From NCBI RefSeq assembly GCF_009914755.1, contig NC_060935.1: a stretch of DNA of 64,000 nt, one strand, 5' to 3'. This DNA comes from the human T2T-CHM13v2.0 reference genome, Homo sapiens. Below are positions 1-19,201 of the stretch, piece after piece. The notes below the pieces were generated by a model. The model saw only the letters and a list, made by a program, of their open reading frames with translations. It ran no database searches and had not been told where the DNA came from. The position numbers and the translations under genes are program-made. How positions within the stretch are numbered: position 1 is the stretch's first letter; the number at the start of each line of letters is the position of its first letter.

Positions 1-544
1 GGGGCTTTTTTGGTAATACAATAGTCTTAAAATTTTACTGGGATTCTGATCTGTTTGCTTCCAGTTGGTTCCATGTACAAGTAACTATACCTTAATTTCT
101 TTAATTTCTTTCCCAAGCATAATTCTCAAACTTGATATGTTTCTTTGCTTCCTCACCAAGCTTATTGTTCCTTTGAAGCTAGCCAAGCTAATAGGTTTGG
201 GTGGGAAGGCCACACTCCTCATCTCATCTTTACTGGAAGACCTTTTTTTTTTTTTCCTGAGGTCATGTCCTTCTTGTAATATGTACCCATTGCAGCCAAT
301 AGTAGCCAATACACACTGACACTAGAATTATTTCCAACACTTGCCCTAAAGTTACACACTCAGTGTGCATGGGGCCTCCTTCCACATTATTGTAGGCAAT
401 ATTTTTACCAAATACTTTGCCATTGCAAATACCTTTCCCAGCAGTAGTTTTGCTGCCCATCCTCTTACTGCTAAGCCAATGTCACATATTTTAGTCCTTT
501 TTTTTTTGAGATGGTGGTACTCTATTTCAAGGCGCCAAGTTTTG
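1..544 (-). mobile_element. Probable MaLR (MLT1) internal sequence, degraded
   Basis: Directly abuts the MLT1 LTR; the minus-strand read (gagtaccaccatc...ctaaaatatgtgacattggctt) resembles the start of MLT-int. Confidence 0.45.
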
Positions 545-920
545 TGCACGTCAAAGCATACTAACTGCTCCAAGAGACAACCTTCAAATTGCTGTCCCTT
601 AACACAGTGAAATCTATATCTTGCTCCTGCAATAGTCCATTCTGTATATTCCTAGTCAGGCAGTTCTTCTATGTGGTTTTCTTCCAAGCTCTGCCATCCC
701 AATCCTCTCTGAATGCTCTGCATACAGCTGGCAGGTGAGGGCAGAGGATGCAGTGGAGGACACGGTGAGGGGAGCTTAATGTCCATGCCTACAAGTGGGA
801 TACATTCTAGAACTTACTCACATGCCACATCTACTTGATGGAAACGTGGGAAATGTCATCTAGCTGTGTTCGCAGGAAGCGGAAATAGGTTTGCTGAGCA
901 GTTAGCCAGTCTCTGCCAAA
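545..920 (-). mobile_element. MLT1J/K-like LTR (ERVL-MaLR)
   Basis: gggaaatgtcatctagctgtg...ggtttgctgagcagttagccagtctctgcca is the reverse complement of the old MLT1 LTR 5' end. Confidence 0.7.
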
Positions 921-1155
921 TTAAGGATGCTTTCTTAACAACTATAGCTATCTGAAAATGAGAGCATGCTGTCACTGAAACTTCTCAGGGCCCAACAACT
1001 GTCCATTTGGTATCCATCCTGTATTGGGTAGGAAGTTAGATTAAATTATCTTTGAGGTCCCTTCCAGCTTCATTATCAGAGAAGACTAAAAGTCAACTAA
1101 TAGCCACATGGAGAAAAGATAATTAACATGTTCATAGATACTGATCCTGTTTACC

Positions 1156-1468
1156 TTTTTTTTTTCTTTTTTTTTTTTTTAAATACAGGGTGTTGGTCTG
1201 CTGCCCAGGCCAGAGTGCAGTGGCATGAAATGGCTCACTGCAGCCTTGACCTCCTTGGCTCAAGCAATCTTCCCACCTCAGCCTCCTGAGTAGCTGGGAC
1301 TATAGGAGTACACCTCCATGCCTGACTAATTTTGTTTATGTTTTGTAGAAACCAGGGTCTTACCATGTTGCTCAGGGTCTCGCCATGTTGAATCCCTGGG
1401 CTCAAGCAACCCTCCCACCTCAGCCTCTCAGAGTGTTTAGATTACAGGCATGAGCCACTGTACCTAGC
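1156..1468 (-). mobile_element. AluJ
   Basis: Poly-T followed by an Alu dimer with J-type motifs (gcagccttgacctcc, ctcaagcaatc). Confidence 0.92.
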
Positions 1469-2374
1469 ATATTCTTTTTTTAATGGAGCTTTTACTGCAC
1501 TATGGTTTTACTTTATTTTCCCTCAGCTTTATTAAGGTATAATTGATAAGTAAAAATTGTATTTATTTAGGGTGTACAACTTGATGTTTTAAGATATATA
1601 TATTAATACATATATCGTGAAATAATTAAATCAAGCTAATTAACATATCCATCACCTCACATACCTCACATACTGTAGCATTTTTTGTGGTGAGAACATT
1701 TCATATCTACTCTGTTAGCAATTTTCAAGTATTTCAATTATTATTAATCATAGTCAGCATATTGTACAATAGATCTCCAGAACTTACTCATCCTGTCTAA
1801 CTGACACTTTGTACCTTTGACTAACATCTCTTCATCTCCCTGCTCCCACCTCCTAGCCCTTAGCAACCACCATTCTGCCCTCTGCTTCTATGTGTTCAAC
1901 TTTTTAGATTCCACATATAAATGAGAAAATGCATTACATGTGTCTCTGTGCCTGGCTTATTTCATGTAGCAAAAATAGCCTCCAAGTTCATTCATGTTGT
2001 AAATTACAGAATTTCTTTCTTTTCAAAAGCTGAATTGTATTCCATTGTATGCATATATACCATATTTTGTTTAGCTATTTATCCTTCAGTAGACACTTAG
2101 GTTGATTCCATATCTTGGCTATTATGAACAATGCTGCAATGAACATGGGAGTTCAGATATCTCTTTGACATACTGATTGCATTTCCTTTGGATATCTATA
2201 CCCAAAAGTGGGATTACTGGGTCATATGATAATTCTATTTTTAAGTTTTTGAGGAACCTCCATGCTATTTTCCACAATTGCTGTATTAATTTGCATTCCC
2301 ACCAACAGTGTGTAAGCGTTCCCTTTTTTCCCCATCCTCACCAATACTCATCTTTCATCTTTTTGATAATAGAC

Positions 2375-2674
<300 letters not shown>

Positions 2675-2850
2675 TTGATAATAGACATTTTAACAGGTTT
2701 CTTATTGTGGTTTAATTTGCCTTTCCCTGATGATTAGTGATTTTTTCATATGCCTGTTGGCCATTTGTATGTCTTCCTTAGAAAAATGTCTTTTCAATTC
2801 CTTTGCCCATTATTTAATTGTAGTATTTGTTTTGTTGATATTGAACGCTT

Positions 2851-3031
2851 TCTAACACATTTTTTTACATACTTCTATCCTTTTACCAGACTGAGAGCTC
2901 CTTGAGAAAAGAACTATGTCTTACTCATGTTAAGCTGTAGTGTCTAATGTACTCTAAGGCTGGCACAACTAGAAGTTTAATAAATATCTGCTGGATGACT
3001 GAAAGAATTACTGTTCTTCATAATTTAGATG
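2851..3031. repeat. 181 bp inverted local duplicate of 4924-5104
   Basis: Reverse-complement alignment by eye gives 4 mismatches and no gaps. Confidence 0.95.
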
Positions 3032-4729
3032 GCCCTCTCCCAGCCCTGTGTGATTTAGGACAAGCCCGTTCTGCAGAGAAGGAGAGAAAGTTAGGGGGAG
3101 TTCTCATCCCAGATCCTGTTCCAGGGGCTTCAGGGCAGGAGTGCCCCCCCGTCACTCCACCCCACCTCCCTCCCCCTCAGATCGCTGACAATATTTTGGG
3201 TATTAACCTCTTATCAGATGTATGGTTTGCCAATTTTTTTTTACCATTCTATAAGTTGTCTGCTCACTCTGTTGTTTCCTTTGCTGTGTACAAGTTTTAA
3301 GTTTCATACAATCCCATTTATCTATTTTTGCTTTTGTTGTCTGTGCTTTTGGGGTCATATCCAAAAAATCATAGCCCAAACCAATGTCAAGAAGCTTTTC
3401 CCCTATTTTTTCTTCCAGTAGTTTTGTGTTTCAGGTCTTATATTTAAGGCTTTAATCCATCTTATTTTTTATGTGCTGTGAGAAAGGGTTCAATATCATA
3501 TTTCTGCATGTGGATATGCAGTTTTCCTATACAACTTATTGAGGAAATTGTCTTTTTCCCGTTGTGTGTTCTTGGTGCCTTTGTCAAAGATCAACTGACC
3601 ATAAACGTGTGGATTTATTTATAGGCTCTCTGATCTATTCCATTGGTGTACATGCCTCTTTTTATGTCAGTACCATACTGTTTTGATTATTGTATTTCTG
3701 TAGTATATTGTGAAATCACATATGTGATGCTTCCAGCTTTGTTCTTTTTGCTCAAGATTATTTTTGCTATTTGCAGTATTTTGTCATTCCATATGAATTT
3801 TAGGATTTTAAAATTTTTATATAAAATGTCATGGGAATTTTGATAGGGATTACATGAATATGTAGATAGCTTTGGATAGTATGGATATTTTTACAATATT
3901 TTTCTAATCCATGAACATGGGATATCTTTCCATGTATTTTTGTCTTCTTCCATTTTTTTAGATTAATGTTTTATATTTTCAGTGTACAGATCTTTCACAT
4001 CCATAAACTTATTCCCAAGTATTTTGGGGTTTTTTTTTTGGATGCTATTATAAATGGAATTATTTTCTTGATTTCTTTTTTAGATAGTTTATTGTTAGTA
4101 TATGGAAACTCTACTGGCTTTTTTGCATTAATTTTGTACCCTGCAACTTTATTAAATTTGTTTGTTTTATTCTTAAGATCTTCTATTCATAAGGTCAATT
4201 AGTTACCTAAGTTAGGCTCTCACTGTGATTAGAGACAATAACAAATGTTTGGTGAGCTTTTTGAATGCAGACAAACTCAAGAAAATGTGAGTACATTTTT
4301 GTTTATTATTATCTATAATTAGGCCAAAATATTTACTTAAGTGACTAATTGCCTCTGGGAATGAAAGTATAAACTAAAGCACAGTGAATACATTTGCTAA
4401 CTGCCAGGCTTTGCTGAATCTTTAGCCATTACATTACTACTATCTTTATGAGTGGAACCTGCCTTAATATAGCAGTCTTTATATTAACCTGTACTTACAA
4501 AATGTAAGGGTTCTCACAAATCGAAAGATCATCTTTCACCACCTAAAGATTCAAAGGGCTTCTCTTATTTAAGGGAAGGTTTTATCACTACAGTCTTCAC
4601 TCTTACTTCTCATTAGTAAACTTCCTTTTGCATGGAAAAAGTTGGTTATTAAAGACTCAGTCAGCCATAAAGAGTGCAAGAAAATTCTGCAGAATGAAGT
4701 GGAAACAGTTATTACAATTTGTATAGCGT

Positions 4730-4923
4730 TTTACACTATATATTTTATATAAATTATATATCATTTGTATATTATGTTACATAATTTATATAGTATGTAT
4801 ATTTAAAAATATAAAGTATTATTTATATAATATGTATATGTAATTAATATACAAATATATTTTTATATAATTATAAATATATATAATTATAATACATAAC
4901 ACATATCTATATTATATCTAATA
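4730..4923. repeat. AT-rich / (TA)n-like low-complexity tract
   Basis: Almost entirely A/T with degenerate TA runs. Confidence 0.85.
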
Positions 4924-4944
4924 CATCTAAATTATGAAGAACAG

Positions 4945-5220
4945 TAATTCTTTCAGTCATCCAGCAGATATTTATTAAACTTCTACTTGTGCCAGCCATA
5001 CAGTACATTAGACACTACAGCTTAACATGAGTAAGACATAGTTCTTTTCTCAAGGAGCTCTCGGTCTGGTAAAAGGATAGAAGTATGTAAAAAAATGTGT
5101 TAGATATCACTACACAGTAGAATAGGGAATGAAGGGCAAAGTGCTGATGTCTAACTAGGGGATCCCAAGGTTGGGGTCAGAACAGATTTATAGAAAGGGT
5201 AGTGGTTGAGCAGAGTCACT
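4945..5220 (-). mobile_element. L2 3' fragment
   Basis: cagcagatatttattaaac...tgtgccagcc...ctcaaggagctc is typical of the antisense L2 tail. Confidence 0.65.
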
Positions 5221-5224
5221 TGTC

Positions 5225-5400
5225 TAATTACAACAATATCGCTGAGAGGCAGATGCTATTCCAACCATTCACATGAAGAAACTGAGGCTCAGTGAAGCCA
5301 AGTGACTCATCCTTGCAGAGTTAGACATGGAACTTCCCCCAACCCCCTAGACCCTACCTCTGTGTCTTTCTGCTCTACTACACTTATACCATAAACCTTA
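5225..5400 (-). mobile_element. MIR
   Basis: MIR core acatgaagaaactgaggctcag. Confidence 0.7.
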
Positions 5401-6013
5401 CACAGGTTGCTCAATTATAGGTACACAGCAGAGTTACAGAACCCAATTTTAGAGTTTAGTTGATAAAGCTGATCTCTGCTTTTAGTTCCCCTCATCATCG
5501 GGTTAAGTTCTTTCTCAGGACAAAGCAAATTAAGTTCTCTTTTGAGAAGACAGACTGTTTTTTGGCTGGTAATACTCATCTAGGCCACCCCCTACATTCA
5601 CAATTGGCTCCTTCTCCTCCCCTTCTTGGGTGTTTTCATTCCAAGGACTCAGTTGGGGTTCCACCTTCCTGGTGAAGTTCTCCCCCAGACCCCTGTTCCT
5701 AAGAGCCAACTCTTGCTCCCACCTTCTTAGCACATCTTGAAATCACTTTGAATTGTTCTTCACTGGAAAACTGTTACCCTGTTCCCCCACCCCTCCCAGG
5801 CCATTGGACCCTCAGGGAGGGACTACCTTATTGGGTTCCCTACTCTCCAGTGCCAGGTCCAGGGCTGAGTCCATACACAAGACTCAAAGTAATACTTAAG
5901 GGGTGACAGCTTTATCCAGGAGACATAAAGAGCAATTTCCTTTTCCTCTGATGCTTTATAGTATCCTTACTGAACAAAAAAATAAAGTGGCAGCCTACAG
6001 TGAGCTCCTCAAT

Positions 6014-6050
6014 CGTGTGTGTGTGTGTGTATGTGTGTGCACATGCACAT
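6014..6050. repeat. (TG)n microsatellite, imperfect
   Basis: gtgtgtgtgtgtgtgtatgtgtgtgc. Confidence 0.85.
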
Positions 6051-6087
6051 GTAAATCTTATTGATTGTGAAATACAAAAGTCTAGAA

Positions 6088-6270
6088 AGTGGTTCCTAAG
6101 TCTGCAGGACATAAGAACAATTTGGGGCAATCAAAATACAGATTCATGGGCCTTATCCCAGAACTAAGGAAGTGGGAGATCCCAAGAACCCAGGGAATCT
6201 GTTTTCAACAAACACCTGCTGATTATTCTGATGGTGGACTGAATTTAAATTATGCCTCAAACAATCAGGA
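6088..6270. mobile_element. MER5-like hAT-Charlie MITE
   Basis: gtggttc... cagattcatgggcc... ggaatctgttttcaacaa...gattattctgatg resembles MER5. Confidence 0.55.
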
Positions 6271-7924
6271 GCATTTGGGGTAGATAACAATTGTGGGGAG
6301 GTAGTGGCAAAAAGAGGCTCTGTGAGCATGAACATTGTGAGCAAAGTGGAGAAACAAGCTCTAGGAATGCTGAGTGAACCTAATGGGATAAACAACTCAT
6401 AAAAGGGAGTCAAAGGGGTTCTAGTCAAGAAGATAGATGGTGGCTAAATTGTGACAAATTTCAACCTTGTGCTGAGAATAGTAGACCCTCCAGCAGAAGA
6501 TGGGACAAAAGAAAGAGAATTACTGAAATCCTAATATGCAACAATCACTGTCTTTGGGCAGAACAAATAATGTCCCACTCAAATATGTATTATTTAGAAT
6601 GATGTAGATGCTGCTTGGATTAATAAGATACGACTTAATATAAAAGATTTCCTGAGTTATAAGTAGCTTTTTGTTATTTTCATAACCAAAAGTACAATTT
6701 CTATCATGATTATAAAAGCACAATTTCTATTATGTGGGAGGCTCTGAATGTTTTTAACCAAAAGGTTGAGAAACACTCTTGGAAGCAGAGGGAGTCCCTG
6801 AGCAGGAGAATAATGGGTCCTTGGGGTGGACTGAGGAAGGGCGCTGTGGAAGGTGGAGACACAAGAGATGAGGCTGTTCAAATAGCTCCAGAATGAGGTA
6901 ATGAGGACCTGGGTGGAGGTGAACAGCAATGGGTTTGGTGTCAGCATCATATTTTGTGGTCTGCCTATGAGTCAGTTGCTCCCTGCTCTCCTTTGTCACA
7001 TGTCTGCCCTTTAAAGACCTGTCCAAGACCCCATGTCTGGGTTGAGTTATATGCCCCAGATGCAGAGGCTGTGCCTCCTGCTGCTTTTTCCCAGAGTCCT
7101 GGTGGAGCAAGTGGTAAGAAGGGATTTGATGGATGTGTCTTGCTAATAATGATCTTTCCACATACCCTTACTGGCTTGAAAAGACTTCTGAATCCGGAGA
7201 TCTTTTTCTCTGGACAAAATTATAGTCCTGAATGAATGATGGCAGAAAAATTGGCAAAGAACAGCCTACTAATAACTCTGAGAGAGATCAGATTTAAAGA
7301 GGCAGCAATCCTTTAATCCCAGGTGATATTGCTTCCGCTGCAAACCCTGGAGTCCACATCACCACATAGATGAGCCCTGGCTGCAGTCTTCAGCCACCCG
7401 ATCCCCAGAAGCAGGACAGAACATTAGCTATTCCAAAAGTGGGCATGATGGGCTGGCTACTGGGGGGTCAGGTGGGGCTGGTTACTGTAATTTTAGCCAC
7501 GGCCAGCCTCTGTCTTTTCTGGGAGCAATTGATGTAACCAAGATGCAGAGAACCCTAATCCTATCTTGGCACAGAGGCAGCCTGACATTCGCCAGGGCTC
7601 TCCTACCCAGAAATTCTGCTTTATAAATAGAGGAACGAGTGTGCAATATTGTAGCAAGGGTCACTCAGGTATATTGTATGGTGACGGAGTGAAGGAATTT
7701 CCAGGAGGGTGGGGCGCTCCTGGCACCACATCTAGTCTTCCTGTCTCAGGCAAGACTGCTTTGAGGGCTACTTTGGCTTCTTTTCATATCCCTCGCATTT
7801 CCACTTAAGCAGAGAAAAGTAAACCCAAATGGAGGCTTTTACTGATCTTCAAAGTTCAGAGATTTGGGGCAACTAAAATTGTGCATCTCTGTGTATACAT
7901 ACAAGTGTACTAAATTATAAATGT

Positions 7925-8410
7925 GCACTATGGGTAACTGTGGCTAAAAATTCCACAACTTTAAACTTCTTACATTTTGGTAATCTCCCATATTGTGAAA
8001 TCTGTCTTCCCAATGTAGAAGCCAGAAGATGCACAATTGCAGACCTTGTGGAGCTAGGTACAGTCAAATGATCCAAATTCTGGCAATCAAACACACCTTC
8101 ATGAGACCTGGATTTGGAAACAAGCAATATGATGAAACAGCTTCATGTGAATGATCTCAAGTCTTCAAGCACGTGTGGTGGCAGAGGTCTCTGGATCTTT
8201 GGGAGTGGCAGAGGTGGAGTTTCTCATATCCAGTAAACTGTTATGAGACCACATAGTTGGACACTGTTTCTGGCTGTTTACCTTCAGGGTTTGGCTCTTC
8301 TGGCCTCCAGGAGATTCTAGGAGTTACTTAATATTCTAAAATCATTTTTTTTTTTGCTTAAATTGTCAGAATAGATTCTACTGATTTCATCTAAAGACCT
8401 GACAGATGTA
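7925..8410 (+). mobile_element. ERVL-class LTR (LTR33-like)
   Basis: Resembles LTR33 and is followed immediately by an ERVL internal start (gattggtac...). Confidence 0.5.
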
Positions 8411-10120
<1,710 letters not shown>

Positions 10121-10978
10121 ACATTAATGTCTGGTCAGGATGGAATAGCAGGGACTAAATTTACCCTCTCACCTAAAATATCGAAAAAACAAAACAGAAT
10201 ATAAGAAACAATGGTTTTAAAAATGAAAATCTGGTAATAAAGAGACGTATTCCCCAAGAGATGAGAAACAAATGAGGGGCCCCTATGATTGTACCAACTT
10301 CCAGTCTAGAGAGAGTTTCTGGGGAACTCTCACTTGGTTCAGGGAGGGGGAACCCAAGCAGTGTTTGGTGACATCCCTAAGTTGAGGAGACAAAGATAGA
10401 GATGTAGGGAGAACACGAAAATTCAAGTTTGTAGAGCAAAGGACCAAGAAGAAAGAGCTGCATGGACTGAAAGACCTCTGCATATCTACAAAGGATCCCT
10501 CTTGAGTCCTCACCAGAGAAAAGATTAGTAAATGCATGTGAGGAAGCTACCCAAGGAGAGGGAAAGAATCACATTAAAGGATTAGAGTGAACAATGTTTG
10601 GAGCTCACACCATGCTGACAATAGCTGCTATTCTCATCTTCCAGAGTGTAAAATTTCATCATTCATGAAACATCGGACAGAATATTCAGAAGGGCTTTGA
10701 TTCAACAGTGGAGAAAATTTAGTCCTAGATTAAATGCTGCTCTGATGTCATCAAACTAAATGTAAAAGCAAGACTTGAAAGAATAAGAATGTTTACAAGC
10801 AATTTAACTGAATTCCAGAACAAAGCCCAGAATATTTATTGGTCTATAAAAATGTTCAGCACCAAATAAAGTAAAATATACAACAACTAACATACAGTCA
10901 AAACTTACCCAACATACACATGAGCAGTAAAATATGACTTGTGATATGAAAAAAAAATCAGTTCAATGGGAGGGCTTC

Positions 10979-10989
10979 CAAGATGGCCG
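10979..10989 (+). promoter_or_regulatory. YY1 site of the L1 internal promoter
   Basis: CAAGATGGCCG at the L1 5' end. Confidence 0.75.
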
Positions 10990-12006
10990 AATAGGAACAG
11001 CTCTGGTCTGCAGCTCCCAGCAAGATCGATGCAGAAGACAGGTGATTTCTGCATTTCCAACTGAGGTACCTGGTTCATCTCATTGGGACTGGCTGGACAG
11101 TGGGTGCAGCCCATAGAGGGCAAGCTGAAGCAGGGAGGGGCATCACCTCACCTGGGAAGCACAAGGGGTCAGGGTATTTCCCTTTCCAGCCACAGGAAGC
11201 CATGACAGACTGTTCCTGGAATACACTCCTGACCAAATACTGCACTTTTCCCACAGTCTTAGCAATGGGCAGACCAGGAGATACCCTTCCGTGCCTAGCT
11301 TGGTGGGTCCCATGCCCACAGAGCCTTGCTCACTGCTACTGCAGCAGTCTGAGATCGACCTGTGAGGCTGCAGCCCGGCAGGGGAGAGGGGCGTCTGCCA
11401 TTGCTGAGGCTTGAATAGCTCAGGCTTGAGTAGCTCACAGTGTAGACAAAGGGGCCAGGAAGCAAGAACTAGGTGGAGCCCACCACAACTCAGCAAGGCC
11501 TACTGCCTCTATAGATTCCTCCTCTCGGGGCAGGGTATAGCAGAACAAAAGGCAGCAGACAGCTTCTGCAGACTTAAACGTCCCTGTCTGAGAGCGCTGA
11601 AGAGAGCAGTGGTTCTCTCAGCATGGTGTTCGAGCTCCGAGAACAGACAGACTGCCTCCTCAAGAGGGTCCTGACCCCCGTGTAGCCTGACGGGGAAATA
11701 CCTCCCAGCAGGGGCTGAAAGACACTGCAAACAGGTGAGTGCCCCTCTGGGACGAAACTTCTGGAAGAAGGATCAGGCAGCAGTATTTGCTGTTCTGTAG
11801 CCTCCACTGGTGATACCCAGGCAAACAGGGTCTGAAGTAGACCTCCAGCAAACTCCAACAGACCTGCAGCTGAGGGACCTGACTGTTAGAAGGAAAACTA
11901 ACTAACAGAAACAAATAGCATCAACATCAACAAAAAGATCATCCACACCAAAACCCCATCTGTAGGTCACCAACATCAAAGACCAAAGGTAGATAAAACC
12001 ACAAAG

Positions 12007-13033
12007 ATGGGGAGAAACCAGAGCAGGAAAGTGGAAAACTTCAAAAAACAGAGCACCTCTTCGCCAAAGGCTCGCAGCTCCTTGCCAGCAAGGGAACAAA
12101 ACTGGACGGAGAATGAGTTTGATGAGCTGACAGAAGTAGGCTTCAGAAGGTCAGTAATAACGAACTTCTCTGAGCTAAAGGAGCATGTTCTAACCCATCG
12201 CAAGGAAGCTAAAGTCCTTGAAAAAAAGGTTAGATGAATGGCTAACTAGAATAAACAGTGCAGAGAAGACCTTAAATGACCTGATGGAACTGAAAACCAC
12301 AGCATGAGAGCTTTGTGACACATGCACAAGCTTCAATAGTTGATTTGATCAAGTGGAAGAAAGGATATCAGTGACTGAAGATCAAATTAATGAAATAAAG
12401 CAAGAAGACAAGATTAGAGAAAGAAGAGTGGAAAAAAAAAACTGTTAAAGCCTCCAAGAAATATGGGACTATGTGAAAAGACCAAATCTACATTTGATTG
12501 GTGTACCGGAAAGTGACAGGGAGAATGGAACCAAGTTAGAAAACACTCTTCAGGATATTATCCAGGAGAACTTCTCTAACCTAGCAAGGCAGGCCAACAT
12601 TCAAATTCAGGAAATACAGAGAACGCCACAAAAATACTCCTCGGTAAGAGCAACCTCAAGACATAAAATCATCAGATACACCAAGGTTGAAGTGAAGGAA
12701 AAAATGTTAAGGGCACCCAGAGAGAAAGGTCAGGTTACCCACAAAGGGAAGCCCATCAGACTAACAGTGGCTCTCTCAGCAGAAACCCTACAAGCCAGAA
12801 GAGAGTGGGGGCCAACATTCAACATTCTTAAGGAAAAGAATTTTCAACCCAGAATCTCATATCCAGCCAAACTAAGCTTCACAAGTGAAGGAGACATAAA
12901 ATCCTCTACAGACAAGCAAATGCTGAGAGATTTTGTCACCACCAGGCCTGCCCTAAAAGAGCTCATGAAGGAAGCATTAAACACGGAAAGGAACAACTGG
13001 TACCAGCCACAGCAAAAACATGCCAAATTGTAA
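12007..13033 (+). pseudogene. L1 ORF1p, disrupted
   Basis: MGRNQSRK... and ...KRPNLHLIGVPE...QQKHAKL split by frameshift/stops near 12230-12470. Confidence 0.93.
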
Positions 13034-13096
13034 AGACCATTGAGGCTAGGAATAAACTGCATCAATTAACGGGCAAAATAACCAGCTAACATCATA

Positions 13097-16923
<3,827 letters not shown>

Positions 16924-17353
16924 ACAACAAGAACACAGGGACACAGGGCAGGGAACATCACACACCCGGGCCTGTCATGGGGTAGGGGGATGGGGGAGGG
17001 ATAGCAAACCAACATGGCACATGTATACCTATGTAACAAACCTGCATGTTGTGTACATGTACCCTAGAACTTAAAGTATAATAAAAAATCAATTAAATGA
17101 AATAAACTCAGAAATGACACAAATGATGAAATTAGCAGACAAGGTTGTTAAAACAATTATTATAACAGTCATAATGTCTGAGATGAGAAATTCACTAAAT
17201 CAGATTAACAGCAAAGTAAACATTGCGGAAGAAAAGATTTAGACATGGCAATAGAAACTATCCAAGAAGAAACATAAGAGAAGGCTGAAAAACAAAAACA
17301 GAGCATCAGGGAGCTGTGGAAAAACTTTAAACAGTACAATATATATGTAATCA

Positions 17354-17718
<365 letters not shown>

Positions 17719-18344
17719 GAAAAATAATGGCTGAAAATGTTCTAAATTTAATGAAAATGTTAAGTCTACAGATCCAACAAGTTCAGCAAATCCCAAACCT
17801 AAGAAACATGAAGAACACTACACTACAGCACAAGTCACATCATTGTGAAATTAATTAAAACACATGATAAGGAGAAAATCTGAAAAGCAGCCAGGAAAAA
17901 AGATACATTACTGTACAGAAGAACAAAGATAATTACTGCCAATTTCTTCTTGGAAACATTGTAAGCCAGAAGACAGTGGAGCAATATGTTTGAAATACCA
18001 AAAGGAAAAGAAAACCCTTTCAACTTAGAATTTTACACCCCTTAAAACTTTCGAAAATGAAGGTGAAATTGACTTTTTTCAGACATTCAAAAGCAGAAAG
18101 AATTTATCACCAGCAGACCTATTTATTCTTCAGGCAGAAGAAAAATGAGAAAAATGACAGAAATCAGGTTCTACACAAGGGAATGAAAAGCACTGGAAAT
18201 GGTAACTACATGGATCAATACAAAATAATTTTTATTTGTGTATCTTTAAAAGATAATTGATAATGCATATAAAAATAATATCATGCCTGTAAGCCACTCT
18301 TCACCAAAGCATTAAGAATTGCATTGGTAACAAAAGAAATTCAA

Positions 18345-18650
18345 GACCAGACACCGTGGCTTACACCTGTAATCCCAGCATTTTGGGAGGCTAAGGCAGG
18401 AGGATCACTTGAGCCCAGGAGTTCAAGACCAGCCTAGGCAACATGATGAGACCTCATCTCTACAAAAAATAAAAAAATTACCTGGACGTGGTGCATGCTT
18501 GTAGTCTCAGCTACTCAGATTGTTGAGGTGAGAGGACTGCTTGAGCTCAGGAGTTCAAGGCTGCAGTGACCTATGATTACTGTTGCACTCCAGCCTGGGT
18601 AACAGAGTGAAACCCCATCTCCAAAACAACAACAACAACAATAATAATAA
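18345..18650 (+). mobile_element. AluJ with (AAC)n/(AAT)n tail
   Basis: J motifs gaggatcacttgagcccagga and gttcaaggctgcagtga. Confidence 0.9.
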
Positions 18651-19061
18651 TAGGGGTTTTTATAGCATGTGTATATAAAAGGTATAGATACCAGATAAAA
18701 GTTTGAATCTACACAAACGATTAAGGAGACTGGAAATGGTAACTATGTGGATAAATATAAAAGATTTTTTCTCATTTTACAAACCTTTTAAAAAGTAATT
18801 ATTTAAGCAAAAATAATAATAACAACACATTGTAGAATTTCCAACATGTGTAGAGGAAAAACATATGACAATAATAACTCAAAGGCTAAGAGGAGAGAAA
18901 TGGAAGTATATTGTAGTAAGGCTTATGTAGTAAGTTTTATGTGAAGTACTATAATATTATTTGAAGATAAACTGTGATAAGTTACAGATATATACTATAA
19001 ACCTTAAAGTAATCTCTAAAATAGTTAATAATACATATATTAACATATCATATACATGATA

Positions 19062-19201
19062 CAGGTTGAACATCCATAATCCAAAAATCTGAAGTCTAAA
19101 ATTCTCCCATAAGCATTTTTTTGAGTGTCATGTTGACACTTAAAAAGTAGATTTTGGAGCATTTTGGATTTTGGATTTTTAAATTAGGAATACTTAATCT
19201 G
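19062..19201. mobile_element. Tigger4/MER46-like MITE (TcMar)
   Basis: TIRs caggttgaacatcc / ggaatacttaatctg flanked by TA. Confidence 0.75.
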
